In this document: in pieces, positions 8,616 through 16,319 of the stretch
Layout: the number at the start of each line of letters is the position of its first letter
Numbering within the stretch: position 1 is the first letter of the stretch
Assembly (NCBI GenBank): GCA_030040595.1
Contig: JASHTL010000098.1
Coordinates: 1-33,488 of the forward strand
Source of the DNA: Candidatus Micrarchaeota archaeon
GTDB taxonomy: Archaea; Micrarchaeota; Micrarchaeia; Micrarchaeales; CABMGC01
Direction: 5' to 3'
DNA length: 33,488 bases
Notes under the pieces: generated by a model
Database searches by the model: none
What the model saw: only the letters and a program-made list of their open reading frames with translations
What the model was told of the DNA's origin: nothing
Made by a program: the position numbers and the translations under genes

Positions 8616-9029
8616 CTATTTATACTGCCCACTATTGGAAACCATAGCTGCTGCAGGTTCCTTGTACAGCATGCACCGTTGTCTTCCGTATGCGTATCTG
8701 CATGACGCACCGCTGGGACAGCATACCGCGCAGAGTTCTTTTGCCTTGTCTATCAATTGCGCAAGCAGTATTCCTTTTGAGGTGAGGCTGTAGGCCGCGT
8801 AGGCTGTGCCATTTACGCTTATGCTCTTCTTGTTCAGTATGCCCTCGACGTTGAGCTCATGCAGCTCCTTGGCAAGCATGCCTGGCGTTATCCCTTCTAT
8901 CGCAGACGCAATGCCATTGAAGTGCATGCTCTCTCCGGAAGATAACTCCTCTATTATCGGTATGGTCCATTTCTTGCCCAGCATGTGAACAAGATCCTGC
9001 ACGGAACAGTTATCAGAAATTCTTGACAT
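8616..9029 (-). CDS. HxlR-family winged-helix transcriptional regulator with a cysteine-rich C-terminal extension
   Basis: NCSVQDLVHMLGKKWTIPIIEEL...FNGIASAIEGITPGMLAKELHELNVEGIL...YSLTSKG fits the HxlR/DUF24 pattern, including the N-terminal Cys. The tail is CAVCCPSGASCRYAYGRQRC. Confidence 0.8.
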   Translation of the reverse strand: MSRISDNCSVQDLVHMLGKKWTIPIIEELSSGESMHFNGIASAIEGITPGMLAKELHELNVEGILNKKSISVNGTAYAAYSLTSKGILLAQLIDKAKELCAVCCPSGASCRYAYGRQRCMLYKEPAAAMVSNSGQYK

Positions 9030-9091
9030 ATCTCCACTTTATAACAGGGTTGCCACCTGGTATCCGACTCTGTGATTACCTAAGTTTATAG

Positions 9092-9112
9092 TTTTATAAC
9101 TGAGTTATAAAA
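9092..9112. promoter_or_regulatory. perfect 9-3-9 palindrome TTTTATAAC-TGA-GTTATAAAA; candidate operator, or alternatively a tyrS terminator hairpin
   Basis: Read directly from the sequence. It lies just downstream (minus-strand sense) of the TATA-like box at 9118-9132 and about 65 nt upstream of the HxlR ATG. Confidence 0.4.
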
Positions 9113-9117
9113 ATATA

Positions 9118-9132
9118 CTTATTTAAAGCTTC
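9118..9132 (-). promoter_or_regulatory. BRE/TATA-like promoter box (minus strand GAAGCTTTAAATAAG) for the HxlR-ZIP pair
   Basis: Shares the AAGCTTTAWATA core seen upstream of hppA and in the 23.4 kb intergenic region. Confidence 0.4.
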
Positions 9133-9156
9133 ACCCAGTGTCTAAGGCAGCATTGG

Positions 9157-10233
9157 CTATCTTGTCACGCTGTAACTTCTTACCTTCTCGTAGAGCTCCC
9201 TTGCGCTTTTGTTCTCCTGGAAGTGCTTCCGCACAGGGGCTATTGCAGTGTCTATGTACCTGGCCACAGTGTTCTTGAGATCGGCCGGGTGGAGTTTCTT
9301 TGATACGTATAAGTCGCGTAATTCAGCGTAGCTGCCTATCTCAACGTCTCCGCCGAATTTTGCCGGCCTTTCCACTGTTATGTTCTTGAATTTCTCGAAT
9401 ACTATCTCCTTGGCGTACTCCATGACAGGATTCTCTTCGTCAGTTCCCTCGGGGCAGTATGCATTCTTGAACTTCTCGTAGATGTCCTCCTTCGAGTCTG
9501 TCATGAATATCGCAGTCTCAGGCTTGGACTTGGACATCTTCATCTCTATCTTGCGCTCTATGCCGGATTCCGTGCTGCCCAGATGGCGAAGCCCCATCAG
9601 CATCTTATGATGCACCGCTACAGGGGGCTTGTATCCCAGTTTCGGGAAGAGTTCGCGTGCAAGCATGTTGACCTTGCGCTGATCAATGCCAAGCTGTGCA
9701 ATGTCAACCTTAAGGTAGACCATATCTGTAGTCTGCATCAACGGATAGATTATCTGGGCGCTTGGATTAGACGTGCTCTCCTCCCTGCCCATTATCTGGC
9801 CGCATCTCAGGACGCGCTGTACGCTAGCATTCATAGAGAACTTCATCAGGGTTTCCCAGTACTCCGGATGCTCCCCGATCAGCTTAGATGTCCATACGAA
9901 TTCCACATTACTCATGTCAAGACCGCAGGCTTTCCATACTTCTACAAAGTACTTCCCGACAACCTCTATCTTTTCCAGGTCTCCGCCATACTTGTTATTT
10001 ATCATGGCAAACCAGTCCGCGATCCAGAACTTGAAGTGCACTCCGGTTGAGGTAAGCTTGTTTACGGTTATCGTCCTTAACAGACCCTGCGCGATGTGCA
10101 TCTGACCCGACGGCTCGAACCCGTCATAGGCTATGGGATTATTCTTGGTTTCAAGGAGTTGCCTGAGCTCCTCTTCGGTAACTATCTCCTGCGCAAAGCT
10201 CTTTATGGTGCTGATCTTTGTCTCAATATCCAT
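9157..10233 (-). CDS. tyrS: tyrosyl-tRNA synthetase, archaeal/eukaryote-like type
   Basis: Collinear by eye with M. jannaschii TyrRS: YDGFEPSGQMHIAQG (HIGH region), YPLMQ, GIDQRK, KMSKS, and KFGGD...LHPADLKN at the C-terminus. TATA-like CTATTTTATTAC lies about 25 nt upstream of the ATG, suggesting a leaderless mRNA. Confidence 0.93.
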   Translation of the reverse strand: MDIETKISTIKSFAQEIVTEEELRQLLETKNNPIAYDGFEPSGQMHIAQGLLRTITVNKLTSTGVHFKFWIADWFAMINNKYGGDLEKIEVVGKYFVEVWKACGLDMSNVEFVWTSKLIGEHPEYWETLMKFSMNASVQRVLRCGQIMGREESTSNPSAQIIYPLMQTTDMVYLKVDIAQLGIDQRKVNMLARELFPKLGYKPPVAVHHKMLMGLRHLGSTESGIERKIEMKMSKSKPETAIFMTDSKEDIYEKFKNAYCPEGTDEENPVMEYAKEIVFEKFKNITVERPAKFGGDVEIGSYAELRDLYVSKKLHPADLKNTVARYIDTAIAPVRKHFQENKSARELYEKVRSYSVTR

Positions 10234-10376
10234 ACAAATCTATACCTATCCGCATGAAGTAATAAAATAGTAGCGTTGGCCCGCTCCTTTCTACATCAAT
10301 TGCAAATCATGAGGAGTCTTTTTATTCCTTTGCAGCATATCTATTTCATTGCGACAATTTCCCGCAGAATGATGAT

Positions 10377-11486
10377 ATGGCCGATGCCGCGCCTGCGCCA
10401 AACCCGAACATAATGTCTGTAGACGACGAAGAACTGCTGAAGTTCATAGAATCAGCGAAGCCGAAGATATATGTTGTCGGAGCAGGGGGGAGCGGGTCGA
10501 ACACTGCAACAAGGATGTCAGAACTGAACATAGAGGGCGCCACGCTCATAGCGATGAACACGGATGCGCCGCACCTTGCAAGGACCAGAGCTTCGAGAAA
10601 AGTCCTGCTAGGCAAGAAATCTACGCGCGGACTCGGCGCAGGCAGCGACCCGAAGCTTGGAGAGGAAGCCGCAGCTGAGAGCAAGGAGGACATAAAGCAT
10701 CTGCTCAGCGACGCGCAGCTTGTCTTCCTGACATGCGGATTGGGTGGAGGCACGGGCACAGGCTCAATACCGATAATAGCGCACGAGGCCAAGGAGCAGG
10801 GTGCGCTTACTGTAGCGATCGTGACATTGCCGTTCTCAAGCGAAGGCAGAGTGAGGATGAGGAACGCTCTGGAAGGCCTTGCAAAGCTGAAGCGGTTCAC
10901 AGACACGGTCATAATAATACCGAACGACAAGCTGCTTACCGTGGCGCCGGACCTGCCGCTCAACATGGCCTTCAGGATAAGCGACGAGATACTCGCAAAG
11001 GCAACGAAGGGCATAATAGAGATGGTCACTAAGCCGGGCATGGTCAACCTTGACTTTGCAGATCTCAGGAGCGTGCTGAAGGACTCAGGCTATGCAGTCA
11101 TAGGCATAGGAGAGGCCAACGCCACCCAGGCGACTGACAGGTCCATAGTGGCGATAGAGAACACCCTGAAGAGCCCTCTGCTCGACGTGAACCTGGCAAC
11201 GGCAAAGAAGGCTCTCGTGAACATAATAGGAGGGGATGACCTTACGCTGCGCGAGGCTGAGAACATCTTCCAGGAAGTTTCCGGAAGAATAAGCGATGAT
11301 GCGATGATGAAGTGGGGCGCGAGGATAGACCCTGCGCTGCAGAAGAATGTATTGCGCATAATGGTGGTGCTCAGCGGAGTGGAGTTCGCAGAGTACACCG
11401 AGCACGGCATAAAGAAGAAGATCATAGAGAACAGCAACATGGACCTTGACCAGATATTCGAGGAAGAAGCGAAGACAAAACGGTAA
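10377..11486 (+). CDS. ftsZ: cell division protein FtsZ (paralogue in the ftsZ-secE context)
   Basis: GAGGSGSNTATRM (G-box variant), GLGGGTGTGSIPIIA (tubulin signature) and NLDFADLRSVL (T7 loop). Confidence 0.93.
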   Translation: MADAAPAPNPNIMSVDDEELLKFIESAKPKIYVVGAGGSGSNTATRMSELNIEGATLIAMNTDAPHLARTRASRKVLLGKKSTRGLGAGSDPKLGEEAAAESKEDIKHLLSDAQLVFLTCGLGGGTGTGSIPIIAHEAKEQGALTVAIVTLPFSSEGRVRMRNALEGLAKLKRFTDTVIIIPNDKLLTVAPDLPLNMAFRISDEILAKATKGIIEMVTKPGMVNLDFADLRSVLKDSGYAVIGIGEANATQATDRSIVAIENTLKSPLLDVNLATAKKALVNIIGGDDLTLREAENIFQEVSGRISDDAMMKWGARIDPALQKNVLRIMVVLSGVEFAEYTEHGIKKKIIENSNMDLDQIFEEEAKTKR

Positions 11487-11498
11487 GGACGTGGAGAC

Positions 11499-11684
11499 AT
11501 GGAGTTTCATCCGATAAAGTCGCTGAAGGAATTTTACACAGATTCAAAGCATGTGTTGAGCGTTAGCTACAGGCCTGACCGCGAGACCTTCATGCGCACC
11601 ATGAAGATAGTCGTCGTCGGGATAATAATCCTGGGAATAATGGGATTCATTATCTCGGAGATAATAACGCTGATAGCACACTGA
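11499..11684 (+). CDS. secE: preprotein translocase subunit SecE / Sec61-gamma
   Basis: 61 aa. LKEFYTDSKHVLSVSYRPDRETFMRTMKIVVVGIIILGIMGFII is the typical amphipathic helix plus single TM. It sits directly after ftsZ, as in many archaea. Confidence 0.85.
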   Translation: MEFHPIKSLKEFYTDSKHVLSVSYRPDRETFMRTMKIVVVGIIILGIMGFIISEIITLIAH

Positions 11685-11690
11685 AGTATC

Positions 11691-11966
11691 TCAAGGAGCA
11701 GCTGGAGCCGCGGCTCTCTGTCTGTTCTTCTGGTCTTCGTGTGCAGTTTCAAGCAGCATCCGGACCTCTATGTCCTCCGAAACGTGTGGAAGAGTAAGGA
11801 GGTACTTTGTCTTGAGGACATCCCTGTGCAGCTCCTCGGTTCCATCAGGCAGTTGGTGTCCTACAACTCTGTCCCTAATATTCCTGTCTCTCAGCAGATC
11901 AATTGTCACTCTTACGTCATTCCTTTGCCCTTCGATCAGGCGTTGTTCATTCACGGTGCGGTGCAT
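11691..11966 (-). CDS. hypothetical protein (uncertain gene)
   Basis: This 91-codon ORF is the only one in the 340 nt gap whose charged, Arg/Asp/Glu-rich composition resembles real genes here. The plus-strand alternatives are Leu/Ser/Cys-rich. No motif recognised. Confidence 0.4.
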   Translation of the reverse strand: MHRTVNEQRLIEGQRNDVRVTIDLLRDRNIRDRVVGHQLPDGTEELHRDVLKTKYLLTLPHVSEDIEVRMLLETAHEDQKNRQRAAAPAAP

Positions 11967-12023
11967 GATATCACCGTTACCTCAATTTTGTCTTTTATAT
12001 AACTTTCCTGTGATAAGAAAAAC

Positions 12024-12800
12024 GTGGACATTTCAATAGACCTCACAAAATCGGCCCAGGAGAACGCGCAGGACTACTTCGGCAAGTCCAAGAAGGCTAG
12101 GAAGAAGGCCGAGGGCGCGGAACGATCGTCAAGGGAACTGAGGGAGCAGCTCTCCGAGCAGGAATCGGTCAGGCCGGAGAGGAAGGAGCTGAGAAAGATC
12201 GTTGAGAGGCAGTGGTACGAGAAGTTCAACTGGTTCTTCACAAGCAACTCTATGCTTGCAATAGGCGGGAGAAGCGCGCAGCAGAACGAACTCGTCAACT
12301 CCAGGCATTTTGAGCAGAACGACCTCTTCTTCCATGCGGATGTCTTCGGCGCATCAGTTACGATACTCAAGGACGGCGCAGGCGCAAGCAGGGAGATAAG
12401 GGAGGAGGTTGCGCAGTTTGCTGCATGCTATTCAAGCGCATGGGAGATCGGCAGCGCCACAGCGAGCGTATACTCGCTGAAAAGGGAGCAGATAAGCAAG
12501 TCAACCGGGAAAGGTTCGCTGGGAACAGGCAGCTTCCTTATGAGCGGAGAGCGGGAATGGTTCAGGAACATGACCCTGGAATTATGTGCATTCGCAGAGA
12601 AAGGGAAGGACGGCGCCGAGGAGATAAGGATAGTCCCGTCGCTGACGTGCTCAAGAAGAGGCATAAAGAGTTTTCTCAGGATAAGGCCTGGCAATACCAA
12701 GAAATCCGATGCCGCAAAGTACATAGCGAAGAGGCTTGGATATAGCGACATCGATTATATAATGCAGCATCTCCCGGCAGGTTCGTTCTCCGTGTCCTAA
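12024..12800 (+). CDS. stand-alone NFACT-R (DUF814) domain protein preceded by a coiled coil; Rqc2/NEMF-related
   Basis: WYEKFNWFFTSNSMLAIGGRSAQQNELVNSRHFEQNDLFFHADVFGASVTILKDG...AQFAACYSSAW matches the DUF814/NFACT-R pattern. The N-terminal 60 aa are charged and helical. GTG start. Confidence 0.8.
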   Translation: MDISIDLTKSAQENAQDYFGKSKKARKKAEGAERSSRELREQLSEQESVRPERKELRKIVERQWYEKFNWFFTSNSMLAIGGRSAQQNELVNSRHFEQNDLFFHADVFGASVTILKDGAGASREIREEVAQFAACYSSAWEIGSATASVYSLKREQISKSTGKGSLGTGSFLMSGEREWFRNMTLELCAFAEKGKDGAEEIRIVPSLTCSRRGIKSFLRIRPGNTKKSDAAKYIAKRLGYSDIDYIMQHLPAGSFSVS

Positions 12801-12803
12801 TGC

Positions 12804-13091
12804 CTAGAGCTCCTCGGTTCCTTGCCTGTGGAGCTCTGCGATCACAGCACCGAGTCCGTATCTGGAATCTATTTTCTTTATCAGCATGCCATTTTGCGCT
12901 GACCACTCGCTGAGTCTGTCTGAGTCCTCGGACACGTGAAAACCGACATTTTCATCGCTGATGCGATTCCTTACTATGGCAATCAGGGATCCCCCGGATA
13001 CGTCATGGTACACAACGGATATGTGAAGAAACCAGGGTGCCTTTGGTTCCCTGTAGCCATGCATGTTATCCCGTATCTTATTTGTCTCCAA
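12804..13091 (-). CDS. hypothetical protein (uncertain)
   Basis: 95-codon ORF downstream of, and overlapping by 14 nt, the PNPOx-like gene. An alternative ATG at 13064 removes the overlap. No motif recognised. Confidence 0.45.
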   Translation of the reverse strand: METNKIRDNMHGYREPKAPWFLHISVVYHDVSGGSLIAIVRNRISDENVGFHVSEDSDRLSEWSAQNGMLIKKIDSRYGLGAVIAELHRQGTEEL

Positions 13092-13557
13092 GCTCTACTT
13101 TTACGCGCCTCTCTTCTCCGGTTACATAGACTGCGCTCAGTTTTATCTTGAAGAATCGAAACTCTGCCGCTCCAAGATAATTCTCCGGTACATATCTCTT
13201 CATGGGTTCTATATCCGAATCCGGAAATACCTTTTTGCAGTATAGTGTTATTGCCTTTTTGATATCCCCTTTTTCCACGAGGCTCACTTTCCCTTCAGCC
13301 TGAACTCCGTCAGGAAAACCGATCTTTTGGCGGGAATCGAATATTGAGATCGATACATCTGCATTTTCCAACAGATTCTTGGAATGCACCGCGTCAATAG
13401 CAGACAAGAAGTAGATATTGAAGTCGCTATCGTACACGAACAAGACTGGAGCTACCCACGGCTTGCCTCCTTTTGTGCTGGTTCCGACTACCATGTAAGT
13501 ACAATTATCAATTATCTTCTTGGCCTTCTCCTCGTACGCGCTATAATGTTCGTCCAT
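13078..13557 (-). CDS. pyridoxamine 5'-phosphate oxidase-like (split-barrel FMN-binding, general stress protein 26-like) protein
   Basis: 159 aa. The pattern CTYMVVGTSTKGGKPWVAPVLFVYD...IYFLSAIDAVHSKNLLENADVSISIFD...GVQAEGKV is typical of the PNPOx-like family. Confidence 0.8.
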   Translation of the reverse strand: MDEHYSAYEEKAKKIIDNCTYMVVGTSTKGGKPWVAPVLFVYDSDFNIYFLSAIDAVHSKNLLENADVSISIFDSRQKIGFPDGVQAEGKVSLVEKGDIKKAITLYCKKVFPDSDIEPMKRYVPENYLGAAEFRFFKIKLSAVYVTGEERRVKVELGDK

Positions 13558-13647
13558 AATACCACATTAATTATTCGATGTGAATAATTTTAATGCTTTC
13601 GTAGTGTTCAAGGATAGATATAAAATAAGGAAAAAGTACATGGTATT

Positions 13648-14115
13648 ATGGGGTTCTTTGTGAATAAGATGTTTGAAAAGGTCAAACCCATATTGCATGA
13701 TGGTGAGAAAGTCGTGTATATCTTCAAGCAGAGCCTCTTAAGCGATATAGCCCCAACATTCATAGTTGCAACCGACCAGCGGTTGATCATAATAAACAAT
13801 TCATTCTGGGGCTTGTATGCAGGAGTCAATATGCTAACGCCCACCGACTACAATTACATACCGTACAACAAAGTGGCCGGCATTGTCCTTGTAAGGGGCA
13901 AGCTGTTTGCAACAATAGATATACGACTGCTTGGCGCATTCGAGTCCAATATGAATCCACAGAAAAAGACAGAGGGAGAGATAGACGGTTTAATGCCCAA
14001 GGATGCAATAACCTTGGAAAAGTTTGTACAGGAGCAAATAAAAAGGATTGAAGAGGTAAAGCCTGACAAAGAGGACAGGCCAATGAGATATACTTCAGGT
14101 CATTTTAGGAAATAA
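13648..14115 (+). CDS. bacterial-type PH domain (bPH_2/YdbT-like) protein
   Basis: ILHDGEKVVYIFKQ...FIVATDQRLIIINN...IPYNKVAGIVLVRGKLFATIDIRL fits the bPH_2 pattern. AT-richer codon usage than its neighbours. Confidence 0.6.
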   Translation: MGFFVNKMFEKVKPILHDGEKVVYIFKQSLLSDIAPTFIVATDQRLIIINNSFWGLYAGVNMLTPTDYNYIPYNKVAGIVLVRGKLFATIDIRLLGAFESNMNPQKKTEGEIDGLMPKDAITLEKFVQEQIKRIEEVKPDKEDRPMRYTSGHFRK

Positions 14116-14181
14116 ATGCGGCACTTTCTACTGATTCAAGGCTTGTTACGCATTTTGGCTTATTAAACAAGACCAGTGCCT

Positions 14182-14197
14182 AAAAAGCTTTATAAAG
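14182..14197 (+). promoter_or_regulatory. BRE/TATA promoter box AAAAAGCTTTATAAAG for hppA
   Basis: A-rich BRE plus TTTATAAA, ending 25 nt before the GTG at 14222 and 34 nt before the ATG at 14231. This implies a leaderless or very short leader. Confidence 0.5.
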
Positions 14198-14221
14198 ATT
14201 GATTGCGATTCATAAAACATT

Positions 14222-16237
14222 GTGGTATTGATGGAGTTCTACTACTATAGCATAATAGCAGGAGCGCTAGCCATAGTCGTTGCGGCCATATGCGCAATGA
14301 TGGTCTTGAAGCGTGATGAGGGATCGGAGAGGATGAGAGGCATCGCAGAAGCCATCCGGGAGGGAGCGTACGCTTACCTCAGGAGGCAGGCGATAACCAT
14401 AGCAGTATTTACTATAATACTCTCCGTGCTCTTCGCGTTCTCGCTGAGCAGCGGAGTCAAGATAGTCCTTGCCTTCCTTATCGGAGCCATAGCGTCATAC
14501 CTCACCGCGTACCTTGGAATGAGCGTTGCCGTAAGGTCAAATGTCAGGACTGCAAGGGCCGCAGAGAAGGGCCTTAACCCGGCATTCAGAACGGCAATAC
14601 TCGGAGGCGCAGTCACAGGCTTCGCAGCTGTGGGATTCTCTCTCATAGGCCTTGGCGCACTGCTTGCATATTTCACAACAGACCAGATACCGCTCCTGAT
14701 CGGATTCGGATTTGGAGCATCACTGATCTCGCTCTTTGCCAGGGTAGGCGGAGGCATATACACAAAGGCAGCGGATGTCGGAGCTGACCTTGTCGGAAAG
14801 ACCGAGCTGAACCTTCCCGAGGATGATGTAAGGAATCCTGCCACGATAGCTGACAACGTTGGTGACAATGTAGGCGACTGCGCCGGAATGGCAGCAGACG
14901 TCTTCGAGAGCTATTCTGTTACGCTTGTTGCAGCGTTGCTTATCGCGAACAGCATACCTGGGGCAACCGCAGGTCATCTCTTCTCGTATCCGATATATGT
15001 TGCAATACTGGGAGTATTTGCCAGCATCGCAGGCATATACATAGCAAAAGTGGGAAGACGTAGCAATATCATAGGCGCGCTGTACAAGAGCATACTTGTC
15101 ACAGTGGTAATTGCTGCTGTGCTGGACTATGCACTTACATATATGCTGAAACTGCCCATGGGCTATTTCGTATCTGTGCTCTCAGGGCTGGTTCTCGCGT
15201 TCCTTCTCTTCTGGGTAGCCGATTACTACACGGGAAGTGAGAGCAACTCGGTGAAGAAGATAGCCACAGCCTCGACAGGAGGTGCCGGAACAAACGTGAT
15301 AATGGGACTCGCTGTCGGATTGAGGACAACGTGGATGCCTGCTATTTTCGTAGTTGCGGCAATCCTCGTAAGCTACATCGCTGCGGGCAATAGCGTGTAC
15401 GGCATTGCAATAGCCGCTGCAGGTATGTTCTCGCTTACAGCCACGATACTTACCATCGACTCGTTCGGCCCAATCACGGACAATGCAGGAGGCATAGCCG
15501 AGATGTCGCAGCTGCCTCACAACGTCCGAAAGATCACAGACGCGCTTGACGGCGTAGGCAACACGACCAAGGCAACCACAAAAGGATTTGCAATAGGCGG
15601 CGCTGCGCTATCGGCTGTAGCCCTTTTCGTGGCATTCGCCAACGCTGTAGGAATAACGAAGACAGGGATAAACGTGCTCAACCCGCTTGTCACAGCAGGA
15701 ATATTCATAGGCGCGATGCTCCCGTTCATCTTCTCCTCGTTCCTGATGGAAGCAGTAGGCCATGCGGCAAACAAGATGGTCGAGGAAGTTAGGAGGCAGG
15801 TCAGAACCATAAAAGGACTGATGCAAGGAAAGGCCAAACCTGATTACGCGCGCGCAGTGGACATCGCCACTGTCAATGCGCTCAGGTCGCTCGCTCTTCC
15901 GGAGATGGTCGCAATACTGACTCCGATAGTAGTGGGCCTTGTCTTTGGCGTACAGGCGCTCGGCGGGCTTCTTGTAGGGATGATACCTACGAGCTTCATG
16001 CTTGCGCTCTTCATGGCCAATGCAGGAGGAGCGATGGACAACGCAAAGAAGTACATCGAGGGAGGAAAGTTCGGAGGCAAGGGAAGCGACGCGCACAAGG
16101 CTGCAGTGGTCGGGGACACGCTCGGAGATCCGCTCAAGGATACTGCCGGACCTGCGCTCAACTCCATGATAAAGGTTGTCAGCACGATCTCGATTCTGCT
16201 GGCTCCGCTTTTCCTGGCGTTCGCCCTGGTTCACTGA
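14222..16237 (+). CDS. hppA: membrane-bound proton-translocating pyrophosphatase (K+-independent signature)
   Basis: GGIYTKAADVGADLVGK, DNVGDNVGDCAGMAADVFESY, DNAGGIAEM, GNTTKATTKGFAIG and GDTLGDPLKDTAGPALN. 671 aa with many TM helices. Confidence 0.97.
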   Translation: MVLMEFYYYSIIAGALAIVVAAICAMMVLKRDEGSERMRGIAEAIREGAYAYLRRQAITIAVFTIILSVLFAFSLSSGVKIVLAFLIGAIASYLTAYLGMSVAVRSNVRTARAAEKGLNPAFRTAILGGAVTGFAAVGFSLIGLGALLAYFTTDQIPLLIGFGFGASLISLFARVGGGIYTKAADVGADLVGKTELNLPEDDVRNPATIADNVGDNVGDCAGMAADVFESYSVTLVAALLIANSIPGATAGHLFSYPIYVAILGVFASIAGIYIAKVGRRSNIIGALYKSILVTVVIAAVLDYALTYMLKLPMGYFVSVLSGLVLAFLLFWVADYYTGSESNSVKKIATASTGGAGTNVIMGLAVGLRTTWMPAIFVVAAILVSYIAAGNSVYGIAIAAAGMFSLTATILTIDSFGPITDNAGGIAEMSQLPHNVRKITDALDGVGNTTKATTKGFAIGGAALSAVALFVAFANAVGITKTGINVLNPLVTAGIFIGAMLPFIFSSFLMEAVGHAANKMVEEVRRQVRTIKGLMQGKAKPDYARAVDIATVNALRSLALPEMVAILTPIVVGLVFGVQALGGLLVGMIPTSFMLALFMANAGGAMDNAKKYIEGGKFGGKGSDAHKAAVVGDTLGDPLKDTAGPALNSMIKVVSTISILLAPLFLAFALVH

Positions 16238-16247
16238 ATAGACCTTG

Positions 16248-16270
16248 ACCTTGCGCTCTTGTAGCAAGGT
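16248..16270 (+). terminator. stem-loop ACCTTGC-(9 nt)-GCAAGGT followed by TT, 10 nt after the hppA stop
   Basis: Perfect 7 bp inverted repeat read from the sequence. Function as a terminator or processing signal is an inference. Confidence 0.25.
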
Positions 16271-16319
16271 TTAGCCGGCAGAAGGTATTCTTTTTAAGCG
16301 TTATGCGTCAATATATTTC

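Noticed and set aside
10368-10376. AATGATGAT, a C-box-like (RUGAUGA) sequence suggesting a C/D box sRNA
   Set aside because: It directly abuts the ftsZ start codon. No matching D box (CUGA) or terminal stem lies at a suitable distance.
10346-11047. 233-codon ORF antisense to ftsZ
   Set aside because: It is the Ser/Ala/Pro-rich mirror-frame product of a strongly biased coding region. The FtsZ frame carries all the conserved motifs, and this ORF has no start context of its own.
11739-12039. Two overlapping plus-strand ORFs (87 and 89 codons) between secE and the NFACT-R gene
   Set aside because: Leu/Ser/Cys-rich composition unlike real genes here. I checked them as possible remnants of an NFACT-N domain and saw no resemblance. 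The minus-strand ORF fits slightly better but is itself doubtful.
12806-12837. 8 bp inverted repeat AGAGCTCC-(16 nt)-GGAGCTCT just after the NFACT-R gene stop
   Set aside because: It lies inside the 3' end of the opposite-strand ORF, has a large loop and no adjacent T-tract. It may be incidental, so I noted it but did not call it a terminator.
15608-16267. 219-codon ORF antisense to the 3' part of hppA
   Set aside because: Arg/His/Cys-rich composition and no motifs. The hppA frame is unambiguous.
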